Positions 50,784-63,489 of a DNA stretch of 64,000 nucleotides are shown piece after piece; within the stretch, counting starts at the first letter, position 1; each line of letters begins with the position of its first letter. Made by a program: the position numbers and the translations under genes. Source of the DNA: Chiloscyllium plagiosum (taxonomy: Eukaryota); contig NC_057720.1 of assembly GCF_004010195.1 (NCBI RefSeq), positions 17,828,964 through 17,892,963 of the forward strand, given 5' to 3'. Under the pieces are notes generated by a model. It was given only the letters and a program-made list of their open reading frames with translations. It searched no databases and was not told the DNA's origin.

Positions 50784-52147
50784 TCACTGTCATCTCCTCA
50801 AAAAAACTCAATGAAGTCAGTGAGGCATGAAATCCCCAACTATCTCAAACCTGCTTACTCTAAGATTGAATTTTTGTAAATTTGAAGCTCATATGTTGCT
50901 ATGAACAGCTGGGTAAATACTTCAAGGTGCAATTATTGTGCTGAATAAGTCCTCTGCTGCAACAGAGTCCAATCTCTCTTCTGTTGACAATGGACACCGC
51001 AGTGTTACCTATTGACTGCTTATTTGAATCAGTAGAAAATAGTAAAGATTTGTGTGTATAGCAAATCTTCAACCAGTATAAGTATTCAGTTGAGAAAAAA
51101 CCAAGTGCAATGAAATATCTTGATCTGTACCATGTGAAAAATGATCTACATTAAATTTTATTGTTTATGCAAAAAGTTTAAGATGCACAGAAATGTGATC
51201 AATATCTGAACATATGGGTAAGTTTGCCATGGCCTGCCTTGGTGTTGACTGCAACCCTTTTACTGGCAACCTTTGTTTTTGAATCGATGACATGTGTACC
51301 TAAAAAGTTGTTAGCTCTTTACTTCACATTTACCTTGCAGCATTGTATGCTTTTGAGCTTGTCCTGTTTGACTGTGATGAGTGTAACATTTTACATTGAG
51401 TGATTGGATTTCCATGTGTTTACTCCTTGCTCTACCTGAAGAACATAAACTAATTGAGAACTTGCCTTCATTTAAACAGTTGTTGCCAAGATAAATGCTT
51501 GGCACAACATTGTGGGCCGAAGGGCATGTGTTGTACCGTTCCACATCAAAAAATAACCAAAATGTACTACTTATTTTACCTGAAAAACATAAACCAATTG
51601 AGAACTTGCCTTAATTTAAATAGTTGTTGCTTCGAATTTTGACATTTTGCTTTGTACATTTAAGTGTAACATATGGTTATCAGACAAAATATTAACAAAT
51701 CCAATTTTTAAATTCATTTTAAAATTGATAAGTTCTTTTGATATATGAACAAAAGTAAAATTATATTTCATAAGAATCTTAGCTTTGTGCAAAAATCTAC
51801 ATAAAACCAATTTCTGAGGGAATTTCCCCATCATAATGCATTCATAGAAGTTCAAAATTCGTATGTGTTTTATATAGCAAAAATAAGCACAACAGAAATT
51901 AAGGAAAATTAAAATTTTTCAAAACAAGACTGCTGTAGTTTTTATGTACTTTATTTGGAAACAATTACCCTTGACCTTAAAGCAAACTGAGAACAAAGGT
52001 TTAATGGAAAGATAGCTATATGCTACACTTAACATACAAAGCAAAATGTCAAAAATCGAAGCAACAACTATTTAAATTAAGGCAAGTTCTCAATTGGTTT
52101 ATGTTTTTCAGGTAAAATAAGGAATACATTTTGGTGACTTTTGATGT

Positions 52148-52300
52148 GGAACAGTACAACACAGTACAGGCCCTTCGGCCCACAATGTTGTGCAAGCATT
52201 TATCTTAGATCAACCTGACTTACACACCCCTCCATTTACTGCCGTCCATGTGCTTGTCCAGCAGTCACTTAAATGTCCCTAATGTCTTGTCCAGCAGTCA
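52148..52300 (-). mobile_element. CR1 3' tail fragment
   Basis: gaacagtacaacacagtacaggcccttcggcccacaatgttgtg. Confidence 0.7.
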
Positions 52301-52309
52301 CAAGCATTT

Positions 52310-52796
52310 TTGCATCACTGGTTATTTATTGCCCATCCCGAATTGCCCTAGAGGGCAATTAAGAGTCAACCACATTGCTAGGGTCTCGAGTCACATGTAG
52401 GCCAGAACAAATAAGGACAGCAGCTTTCCTTGCCCAAAGGGCTAGATAGGTTTTCTAACAATCAAAAGTGTGGTGCTGGAAAGTCACCACAGGAATAATA
52501 ATGAAGGGCAATGCCCAAAACGTCTGTTCTCTTGCTCCTTGGATGCTGCCTGACCTGCTGTGCTTTTCCAGCACTACACTCTTGACTCTGGTCTCCAGCA
52601 TCTGCAGTCCTCACTTTCTCCTAGTTGTTTCCAATAGTCGACAGTGGATTCATGGTTATCATTAGACTTTTTTTATTGGATTAGATTCAATTTTCAACAT
52701 CTGCCATGATGGAATTTGAACCTATGTCCCCAAAGCATTAACCATCTCTCTGGGTTTATAGTCCAGATATAATGCCATTAGGCCATCATCTCCCCC
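52310..52796 (-). mobile_element. tRNA-derived SINE sharing its tail with the second LINE family; PLE piece nested at about 52465-52625
   Basis: Minus strand A box TGGCCTAATGG, B box GGTTCAAATTCC, tail gggcaattcgggatgggcaataaat. Confidence 0.7.
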
Positions 52797-53289
52797 TGTG
52801 GTGGATATGAGAATGCCTGTGGGTAGAAATATTGGAAATAAGATCAGTAGGCCATTCAGCTCTTTGAGTAGGTTGTGCCATTCATTATAATCATGGTTGA
52901 TCATCCAACTCAATAGCCTGTTCCCATTTATCTTGCACATCCTCTGAGCCCTTTAACCCTAAATGCTATATCCGACTCTTTCTCAATATTTTCCATATTA
53001 ATTTCTAGAAGGTATTAGGTAAGATTTCCATACTAAAGTTTATTAATTCGGATGATATTGTATGTGCATGGAATTGGAGATATTTCTGTTCTATACGTTG
53101 GTAACTAATTTGTTGAAAGTGAAAGGCAGATATCAAGATAGTGTACTTTTGATTGATAGAATATATGTGTGTTTCCAGGTCACTTATACTGGGGTCTCAG
53201 CTTCCCATAGTTATGTCATTTTACTTGGATGATGGAATACAATAATCACACGTCTGGACTTCCAAACGTCACTATTTTAGGAGGTAACG

Positions 53290-54110
53290 TTGTGCAGATG
53301 GAAGTTGAAAATTACAAACTAATATAAACACTGAGAGTGGAAAAGGTTGGCAGACAGATTTAATGTAGGGAGTGTGCTGCTGTCCACTTTGAATCCCCAA
53401 GAAGAAAATTAAAATATTTTCTTAATGGTAAAAATTTAGTAACCCTGGACCAACAAAGGAATTTGGATCACTGCATAAATTACTGAAAGATAATAATCAA
53501 AATTTTTTGATGAATTTTGGCCTTTATTCCAAAGGAACTGAAGTAGAAAAAGGGGGTATGTCTAATCTGTGGAGTATCTTGGTCAGCCCCCATCCAGAGT
53601 GTTTCATTCAGTCTTGGACACTGCACCTCAAGAATATTTGGTCTCTGAGAAAGTCAACTTAGGCCCACAAGAACGATAATGGGGCCTGAAAGGTTATACT
53701 GGGTAAATCTAATTTTATACCATACATTTAGGAAGTTGAAGGGTTCTAATCAAAATCTTTGAAATGATTAAGAAATTTCAGCAGATGAATATGGAAAACT
53801 ACCTTTTTCTGGCCAGAAAATCCAATTGGGAACTAAACATAAAATTATAAGGAAACCTTTATAGGAATAAAATGAAGAAGCACTTTTACAAACAAAGGAC
53901 AGTGGAAAACTGGAATACACTTTCTCTCTCCATACCCCCCTCCCCTCGCTGCCCTCCAAAAAGTGTGACAAAAGAGACCGAGATCGCTTTGTTTGATAAG
54001 TATGTTAAGTAAATATTGCTAAGGAAAGTATAGAATAAAGACACTTAAATGGAGTTGAGGTGTATCAACCAGAATGGCTTGCCAGACTAAATAATTTATT
54101 GCTTCTTATT
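53290..54110 (+). mobile_element. Highly decayed CR1
   Basis: ttggcagacagatttaatgtagg (WQxxFNV-like), ttggtcagcccccatccagagtg. Confidence 0.55.
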
Positions 54111-54209
54111 CCCATTTTGATAGTTACTTCACAAGAACTATGATACGATTGAACAACAAATGAATTTTGTTATTTTGTGTATTGTTATCCATGTGCATTT
54201 GGGAAAGTG

Positions 54210-54495
54210 GGATAGAACATAGGAAAGTACAGCACAGAACAGGCCCTTCAGCCCACCATATTGTGCTGAGTATTAACCCGAATCTAAAATAAAACAACCT
54301 AATCTACGAACCCTCAATTCGCTGCTGTTCATGTGCATGCGTAGCAGTCGCTTAAATGTCCCTAATGACTCTGCTTCCATCACCACCGCTGGCAATGCAT
54401 TCCATGCGTTCACAACTCTCTGCGTATAGAATCTACCTCTGACGTCTCCTCTGTACCTTCCTCCTAACACTTAAAACTATGACCCCTTGTGGCAG
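54210..54495 (-). mobile_element. CR1 3' end
   Basis: ORF 54273..54470 DVRGRFYTQRVVNAWNALP. Confidence 0.85.
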
Positions 54496-54949
54496 TCTGA
54501 CTTCAATCTTGTAATAAATCTGACACTGCACTACGCAGGTGAAAATTAGTGCTGTTTACTGTATAAAATTGAGATTCATATGTGTAAACGTGAGGTTTTT
54601 TGATACTTGCTGGCCTTGACTTTCAGAAATGTTGAAACTCATCACAAGATAAACATTAGCGTTTCAGGTGTTTCCATCAAATATTAATCACTTCTAATGG
54701 AAATTCCTTGCCCTGGAGACTATATTCTTCAGCAAGCTGCATTACGAGATTTTGTTTTGGCTTTCTTTTGGATTCAGCAAGGTATTGGGCATGTGATGAT
54801 TCGAATGATGAAAGATCTTTGACACTAAGCTGCTTTGTAATGGAAGGAATTGGTTTGAATTGTTTGCAGCTGGGTTTTTTTATATTCAGTGTCTATTTTA
54901 TGGAGCATGCAATTTTCTGGGTGTGCCTTTCTTGGTCTTTTAGAATGTG

Positions 54950-55840
54950 TTTAATAAATTCCCACATAAGAGATTAGCATGTAAAATTGAAGTTCATGGA
55001 ACTGGGGGTAATATGTTGACATGGGTAGAGAACTGGCCAGAAACATGAAACAAAGAAAAGGAATAAGCAGGTCATTTTCTGAGTGGCACCCAGTGACCAG
55101 TGGGGTACTGTAGGGATCAGTGCTTGGATTCCAGCTATTCATAACATATATCAATAATTTAGATATGGGAACTAAATGCAATATCTCCAATTTTGCACAC
55201 AACACAAAGCTGGATGAAAGGATAAATTGAGGTTGATGCAAAAATGCTTCAGTGTGGTTTTGACAAGTTGAGTGAGTGGGCATATTTATAGCAGCTGAAG
55301 AATAATGTGAATAAATGTGAAGTTACCCACTATGGTAGCAAAAACAGGAAGGCAGATTATTAACTGTATAGCAATAAATTAGAAAAGGGGGAGAGGAATG
55401 AGACCGAAGTGTCCCTGTACACCAGTCGCTGTAAGTAAAATTCAGGTGAGCAGAGAATGAAGAAGAAAAAAATGTTGGCTTTCATAGCAAGATGATTAGA
55501 GTGCAGGAACAGAAGCAATTGTACAGAGGTTTGGTGAGATTACTGCTGCAGTATTGTGTACACTTTTAATCTCCTTTTATCTGACAAAGTATGCTCCAGC
55601 AATGGATGGAATGCAACAAAGTTTTTGGCAGGATTGACTTATGAAAAAAGACTGGATCAGTTAGGACTACATTTGCTGGAGCTTGGAAGAATGAGGGAAA
55701 TCTCATAGAAACCCAGAAAGCTATAATGACGTGACAGGTTAAATGGAGCAAAGATGCTCCTGATGACCAGAAAATCCAGAACTGGTCTCCGATTACAGGG
55801 TAAGCCATTTAAGAGTGAGATGAGGAGAAATTACTTCCCT
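54950..55840 (+). mobile_element. CR1 RT fragment, decayed
   Basis: gtgaccagtggggtactgtagggatcagtgcttgg and later RT motifs parallel to 49650-50570. Confidence 0.82.
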
Positions 55841-55859
55841 AACAACAATAATATAAAAT

Positions 55860-56700
55860 AAAGAACAGTTGCTTGAAACCTGAAACGAAAACAGAAATTG
55901 TGGGAGAAACTCAGACTGACAGCATTTCTTGAGAAAATAGAGTTAACATTTTTGGTCCAGTGGCCATTCTTCAGAACTAGATAGTAAAAAAAGAAAAGGT
56001 AATATAACTTAATGTTGAGTCCTGAAGCCTTCAGGATCTCCAAGTGGAAAATGGGACGCAGTTCTTCCAGATTGTACTGAGCCTCACTGGAGCACTGCCA
56101 CAGGCTTGAAACAAATGTTGGCTAAGGAACATAATATGTTGAAGTGCAGGCAATTAAAAGCTTGGGGTTATTTTTGCGTCAAAACGTAGATGTTCCGCAA
56201 AGCAGTCAGTCAGTCTGCATCTCATTTCCAAGTGTAGAGGAGACCACATTGTGAACAGTGAATGCAGTAAACTAGATTGAGTGTAGGTAAATTCCTGCTT
56301 CACCTGAAAGATGTGTTTGGGACCTTGGATAGTGAGAAGGGAGGAAGTAAACAGGTAGGTGTTACATATCCAGTGATTACATGGAAAGGTGCTGTAGGGA
56401 GGAGGTGGTGGGACTGGTGAAGGAGTGAACTAGGGTGTCCCAGAGGGAATGGTCCCTGCAGAGTGCTGACAAGGGAGGGAAGGGGAGAGGAAGGTCTATT
56501 TGGAGGTGGTATCCAGCTGGAGTTGATGCAAATAGTGACTTACGGTTCTTTTGCGGTGGAGTGGAAAGTGAAGGTGGGGGGACCCCTATCAGTGTTCTGA
56601 GGAGGAAGAGCAGGGATGAGGGCAGAAGTGCAGAAAATGGACTAAACATAGCTAAGGGCACCGTCAACCACAGTAGTGGGGAAATTAGCAGTTGAGGAAA
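55860..56700 (-). mobile_element. PLE family C 3' portion
   Basis: ORF 56377..56736 LSALCRDHSLWDTLVHS; terminal repeat at 55880-55980. Confidence 0.75.
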
Positions 56701-56705
56701 ACCCA

Positions 56706-56745
56706 TGGGGTGGCACGGTGGCTCAGTGGTTAGCACTGCTGCCTG
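56706..56745 (+). mobile_element. HE1-type SINE head fragment
   Basis: ggggtggcacggtggctcagtggttagcactgctgcc. Confidence 0.7.
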
Positions 56746-57330
56746 GATATCATTGAAGTTTCACTGCATTTGGATCTAGATTGCTTCAAACTCAGAGGAA
56801 TAATGAATGGTGCTGGACTTCATACGATTATCAGTAAGCATCCCAACTTCTGACCTTATGAAGGAGAGAAAGGCATTGATGAAGCAGCTGAAGATAGTTG
56901 GGCCTCTGCTACTCTTGAGGAATTCCTGCAGGGATGTCCTGGAGCTGATGTGACTGACCTCCAACAACCTCAACCATCTTCCTTTTGCTAGGTATCATTT
57001 CAACCATAGGTGTGTTTACCCAGGATTTCCATTGATTTTAGTTTTGTTAGGGTTCCTTGATACCACATTCAATCAAATGCAGCATTGATGTCAAGGGCTG
57101 TCACTCTCCTCAATCCCTAGAATTAAGCTCTTTTGTCCATTTTGAGCCAAGGCTACAACAAATGGCACTCGAGAAACCCAACTGAGTATCAGTGAGCATA
57201 TTATTGCCAAGCCAGTGTTGCTCGATGACATTGACCCTTCCCATCACTCTACTAATGATTGAGAGTAGTATTTTGCAACAGTGGTTGACCACATTGGATT
57301 TGTCTTGCTTTGTGTGTTCAGGGTGTTCCA
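56745..57330 (-). mobile_element. Second LINE family RT fragment
   Basis: Parallels 39350-39900 (GPTIFSCFIN..IRSEVGM). Confidence 0.72.
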
Positions 57331-59159
57331 CATTGTTCCAGCGCAATTTCTTATTTCAAATTCTATCTTTTAGCGTGATGGGATTTCAACCTAGATACCT
57401 AGAACCTCATTACTTGGGTTGCTATTTCCAGTGACAATATCACTATGACCTCTTATCCCATACTTTTATAATGACTATCCATAGTTTAATCTCCTGGAGT
57501 AAGTGGACCCAGCTTTTAAATGTTTCTCACTAATTGAGGTGCTTTATTCAAAAAGAAAGAAAGACTTGCACTTAGTGTTTTTCATTAGGAAGTCCCAAAG
57601 TGCTTTATAGCTTATATTTTGTAGCTCAATTTTCCAAGCTCATTTCTATTGCAGACTAAATGCATTGTAATGTGTTTATGTTCAAATTGTTTATTTCATC
57701 ACTGTGTGAACTTGCTGCAAAATTGACTCCAGGCCAGTGTAAATGTGAAAACAGCTGTGGTGGTTTGCATGGTATGTGTGTAGTAAGAGTCATGATGTCA
57801 CTACAACAAATTGTCTCTATCAATGCTGATGATGGTGCTCTTTCACTGTACAGAGGCATATTTGGGTCACAGCGTGTATTTTAGAGAAATATTCAAGTAT
57901 AATAACCTTGTTTGTGTGATCATTTTCTAAATCAACTTCTCTTATTGCTTGTTACCATGCTTGCATTTATAATGGGAATGATTCTGTAATTACAATCTTC
58001 TGCCAATGATGATGTAGCACTTCAACCTGTAGCACAATGCATAAGAAATGCAGCAGCCAACTCTCATTCTTTATTTCACAAATTACTTTAGGTTCCATCT
58101 GAATATAACAAAAGCAAATGCATGGCAATAAGATGGGTTCAATTACATCTGCATGCCCTGACCTCTTTCCGATTTTCATCTAATCCTTTTAATCTGAAGG
58201 TTGCACTTGGTCCTTGCTCCTAATGTACAAAGGCACAGATGATCAAAAATATAAAATTATACTTCTGCAGTATTTATCCTTAATTGTATATACTTTGTGG
58301 GTTTCTGAACCCTAGGGGTCTATAGAAGTGAAATTCAAAAATATTTTATCGTTTACTGGGTGTTTCCTACTTTGGAAAGGCTTCCCAAATGCCAAGTTTT
58401 TAAAAATTGGTATCTTTAACTTGTGGGCATTGCTATCTGTGTAAGACTTGCATGTTGGCAATCAGAGCATTAAAATGATACAAGAGTAGCTGAAAACATA
58501 TTCTCTATAACCATACTTGGTGGCAGCTTTTCTGGACTAATCAGGCGCTTGCAATGTGGTTGATTTCCTTCTATACTTGTCATAATACCCTAAAACATGT
58601 GTCCTTAAATTTATTTTTGTGTTTTAGTGCTCTATTTGAATGATCCCTTCTGTTAGGAGCACTTGCTGACTGTGTCTTAACTTATTTTGAACTGTTGAGG
58701 AATTAAGTTTGGCCATGTTATTGCACCCACATAACATCAATGAAGATCTACCCAAGCATCCCAGTTCATGAAATATTATGTACAAATATGCATTTAGGGA
58801 TGACTGAAGTGTTTGTAATTTTATATCAATAATTTCATTTTTTTTAGGAATGAAGTATATCCCAAATCAGAATTTTCCCAAAATAAAGTTCTTCTATTTA
58901 TCACTGAATGGAATCTTGAATTTAGCTTTTTGGGGGAATAAAAATATTTGAGATAATATTCAGACTACTGCTTCCCTTCTTCAGCCAGCGTACAAAAGTA
59001 ATAAGATTATGCTTCAGCTGTTACAAGGCATTGAGATAATATCTGGAGTGCTGAATAGAGTATTATTTAAAGATGACATTGAATGCAGTTCAAAGAAGGT
59101 AAAATGTACAAAAACCTGAAGTGGACAGATTGCCTTATGAGGATATGTTGGACAGACTG

Positions 59160-59830
59160 TAAGACATGGGGCAGAAGTAGGCCATTTGGCCCAGCAAAAC
59201 TGCTGCACCATTCAGTGTGATTGTGACAGGTCTGATCTGATAATCCTCAACTGTACTTTTCTGTCTATTCCCTGTAATCATTGATTCCTTGTAATGGTTA
59301 AAACATTTAGGTTAGCTGTAACTAATTACTGACCAAGCCTCTATAACCCTCTGCAGTAAAGATTTCTACCAATTCATTACCCTCAGAAGTCCTTCCATAT
59401 CTTTGTCTTAACTGGGGAGCCCTTTAGTCTAAGATTATGCCAGTGAGTCCTAAAGTTTCCCACAAGGGGAAATAATTTCTCTGCATCTACCCTATCACAC
59501 ACACCCTCCCCCGCCCAAGGTCACCTCTCATTCTTGTAAACTCCGATCAGTACAGACAACACCTACTTGACCTCTCCTCTTCAGAAAATCCCTCCTTGCC
59601 TGAGATCAATTTAGTGGTCCTTCTCTGAACTACCTGTAGTGTTGAATATCTTCCATTAGATAAATGGACCAAAACTGATTACAGTATTTTAGGTAAAATC
59701 TAATTAGTGCCTTGCGTAGTTTTAATAAGGCTTTCCTAGTTTTCATATTCTATTCGCTTTGACAAAAAAGCCAGCATTCCATTTGCCTCCCTTATTATCT
59801 CATGAACTTGTATGCTAGCTTTGCTATTTG
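59160..59830 (-). mobile_element. CR1 3' portion, decayed
   Basis: gcagaagtaggccatttggccc tail; parallels 9490-10110. Confidence 0.75.
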
Positions 59831-61179
59831 TGCAAATTACTTGCCCAGTTAAGACCAAGGTGAGAATTTCCTCTGAGTCTTTGCAATTCTGTTTCTCAAA
59901 TAGTGTTGAAAGCAAAGTATTTTAATCTCTTTAAGGCAAATGTTTCATTGCGTAAATAAGATGTTGCCACTCTGTTCTTGTCTCCTCTTTTTATTAATTA
60001 TAAATATTATGCATGTTACTGTTAATAAATCATGTAAAACATTTGTTTTTTGGTATTCAGGAACATGAAGCATTTGAATCTCTCTGAAAAAGCAGTATTG
60101 TCAATTTTGTCTTTAAATCTGTCACTGACTGACCTGTTTATTATAATATTATGATTACAATTGCAGCTCCTCTCTTTTTAAGCAGCTTAAATAATTCACA
60201 ATTCTTTTCACTAAATGGCACTAGTTGTCAATGCTTGATGAGCCTTATTCTCTCATATCGGGTGACGATGCTTTTGAAAACATTGACAATCCATATAACC
60301 TTTTAATTGTTTTGGGTGCAAATGAGAGAAATCAAAAATAGTATACAGCAGTTTTTACTTTAAAAGTGATTTGGAAAATAATTAATAACTAGGACTTGGA
60401 AAATATATCAATTGTGTACAGCTAGTCTTTGATACTGTGTGCTATTGAGAAGTTCTGATCAGGTTTTGTCATATGAAAGGAAATCTTTCATGACTGATAA
60501 ATGTGATCTTTAGTATTGCTTGGCTGTACTCGTACAGTCATACCACATGTACTTGCTATGAAAGAGATAAATCATTTATGTAGATTCCTTGATAATTTAG
60601 GCCTTATGATTCCTCAAATTGCAGCATGTGTTTGCAACACCAAATCTTCATTACCTGTTCTGGTTACCCTCCCTATTCAATTTTTTATAAGAGGTGTGTG
60701 TTTATGTCTGTTTATATAACCTCAGCTTGTTTACAGAAAATTGCAGGTAGATTAAAAAATCTACATTACCCATATGTTGGAAGCTATTTCAGATAATGAC
60801 AGTGATTGTCTGGTAAATAGTGTTCAACTTGACATCTTGCAAGCCTGGATATTTGAAGCACAAGATTTCTGTAGTTCATTGAATCAAGCCATAACTTGCT
60901 AAAGTCATATTCTGTGAAATTAATGGGAAATTTTTTTCAGAATTTGCCTGTTTACGTCATAAGTTCAGCTATATATTGAAAACTTTCAGTCTTATTTTAA
61001 GACTGGTGATCTCAATTATTCAAAGCTTGGAATGAAATTAAAAAGAAAATTTTAAGACTGGAAAAATGGCACCCTAAAAAGTGATGTGTATACTTCACAG
61101 TTCTGTAACTGCCCAGTTATTGTCTAGTTGCTAATATTATGGGTATTGAATCTATCTTGCACCCTTCATGAGCTTGACT

Positions 61180-61632
61180 TCACCAAGACTCTGCCCATAT
61201 CCAAACACCCACCAAAGTCCACTTCATGGTCACTTCTGTACTTGTTGATCTACATTGGCTCCAATCTCAGGATGCCTCAATTTTAAAATTTCATCTTTTT
61301 TGTTTTCAAATTCTTCCATGGCCTTGCCTCTTTATCTCTTTATCCTACTTAGCCCTCTATAATCTCTGAATTTTGTTTCTTATTGCTACCTAAATTTGAT
61401 TGCTGTACTGTTGGTAGCTGTGCTTTCAACTGCCTGGCTCCAAGTTTTAGAATTTTCTCTCTCAACTTCTGCACCTCTTCTCCTTTAATTCATTGTTTAA
61501 GCCCCACGTTCTTGACCAAGTTTTGGTAACCTATTCTAATATTTCCTTACGTAATTTTTTTTTTGATGCTCCTATGAAACATCTTGGAACATTTAACTAT
61601 ATTAAAAATATTATATAAATGTAAACTATTGT
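61180..61632 (+). mobile_element. L2 LINE 3' end
   Basis: gatctacattggctcc..ttttaaaattt (DLHWL..FK) and tail gctcctatgaaacatcttggaacat..tataaatgtaa; similar tails near 4930-4985, 26290-26400 and 57550-57610. Confidence 0.7.
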
Positions 61633-61749
61633 ATTCTACAGCTTCACTTGGATGAACAAAACATGCTGTTCTACAAAATAGTAACTGTATTTCAAAGGTA
61701 ACTTGCAACTAATTTATGTAATTGATGCTAAATATTTACATATTTTTCT

Positions 61750-61915
61750 ATGTTTCAGATCCAGTGACCCTTCAACACTCTTCTTAAGAAGGATCACTGG
61801 ACCTGAAATGTTATCTCTGCTTTCTCTGCATGGATGCTGACAGACTTGCTGAGTTTTCCAAGCAGTTTCTGTTTTATTTTTTCTGAATTCCAACATCTGC
61901 AGTTCTTCTGGTCTT
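61750..61915. mobile_element. PLE family C head-to-head mini-unit
   Basis: tttcagatccagtgacccttc..gaaggatcactggacctgaaa inverted pair, then the terminal repeat. Confidence 0.7.
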
Positions 61916-62426
61916 TTATTATGTATTTTTCTGTGTTGAATTTTAACCCTATCATTTTAATTAGAAATTACAATTAACTCATTCATTATCAAGAAATTTA
62001 ACACTTTCTTAAAAGGAACTCAATATTGCATTAACAGAATGCAGATGAAGATTTTCTCATCTACCTGTCACAGTAAATCTTTTGTTCATAACAGCTTCAC
62101 TACTGCATTCCTAATAAATTAGATGTTGTTTAAGGTCTCTGCAAGATGGAACTTGTAAATTGAAAATTTCCATAATAAAGGTGAAATAAATCCACCCTTG
62201 TCTGTGATCATGTTTTTTGAAATTTAAGCAGTTGATTTTTAAAATTCTTAAATTTAATTGTACCTCTTTCCCACCTTCGTTGCTAGTTTGCACAAAACTG
62301 GCATATAGCGAGTACATATTTTCTGTTGGATAAAAAGTGTGTTGAATGACTTTTGTTTAAATTGCGATTGCTTCATTTTGTGTCGCAGATTCATGCATAG
62401 TCAAAGTGTTGTAATCATCTGACACT

Positions 62427-62632
62427 GGGGGTCAGTTAGTTCAGTTGGCTGAATGGCTAGTTTGTGATGCACAGAGAGCTAACAACCTGGGTTCAATTCC
62501 TGCACTGGCTGAGGTTGCCATGCAAGGCTATCTTTCTCAACCTCTCCCATTGCCTGAGGCCCAGTGATCCTCAGGTTAGACCACCATCTTTCTCCAACGA
62601 GAGAGCAACCCTATGATGAGACTATGGCAACT
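62427..62632 (+). mobile_element. tRNA-derived SINE, possibly MetaSINE-type
   Basis: A-box-like tagttcagttgg, B box ggttcaattcc, core hairpin cctgagg..cctcagg; family assignment from memory only. Confidence 0.6.
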
Positions 62633-62776
62633 GACAAATGTTTATTGATCATCAGTTGTGAAAATTTGTCATTTTATGTAAAATTGAATTTTTAAAAGCA
62701 TCTTGAATAATGGAAAACATCCAACCTTTTTTTTTAAAAACTCATTCTTACAATCTGTATGTCTGTTTTGATGCAG

Positions 62777-62934
62777 GTTAGATGTGAAGATTTCAGCACT
62801 ACAGGAAGCTCTGCAGAAGCTCACCTCCGAACTGTTTATATCTACACTTATGAAAGAAGTTCATATCCAGAGTGAAGACCTGAAGAACCTGAGAAACATT
62901 TTCAAATGTCATGATGACAGTTGAAAATGATCAG
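62777..62934 (+). other. Candidate host-gene exon (158 bp), gene unidentified
   Basis: Acceptor tgtctgttttgatgcag|G, donor CAG|gtcagg, purine-rich body, stop-free frame 62778-62924. Confidence 0.4.
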
Positions 62935-63489
62935 GTCAGGAACTAATATTTTGATAACCTAAAAGACTGTCATAGTTTGAATTACAAAGCTATATGAAGC
63001 AAATCTCTATTAGTCTTCCACTTAGTTATTGTTAGACTATACATGTTTTTATTGCAGTTATTTTCTATGAGCGTGTTCTTAATTTTTAAGCTTTGAAGAT
63101 GAGCAGTAAGCTTTCATTTGTGCGTACTATATTTCTTCTTGCCCATGAGTGATTATTTGTTCTAGAATACTCTCTATTTTTCCTGGTTTGATATCCTCAT
63201 TATAGGAGTAAAAGTATAAATTACCAAAGTGTGATAATTAACGTGCATCTAGTTCCTAATTGTTCCTCTCAGGGTTACTAGAATAGTATTCATTTGACAC
63301 TTTACCTGTGAAATGTAAAGATCCTTTCTCGGGGATAATGGATCCATTCTTTGTCTTGTTTGTTGCTTCCTAATCCCTCTTTGTTGCCATCCTCCTTGTA
63401 TTTAACATTTTAACAGTTGTAAACATCTTTACTTTTTTGCATCTTTATCACTTGCAAATTAGGATGTTATCATATTTCTAATGTCATTT

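Larger units (their letters stand above)
46365..50835 (-). mobile_element. CR1 RT/3' portion hosting two inserts (pieces 46365-46797, 46990-47780, 50785-50835)
   Basis: ORFs 47315..47611 ([13 protein letters not shown]), 46862..47119, 46619..46843. Confidence 0.85.

Noticed and set aside
58005..58105. C/D-box snoRNA (ATGATGA..CTGA); also C-box-like motifs near 54790-54812
   Set aside because: No terminal stem or recognisable guide; such motifs are common by chance
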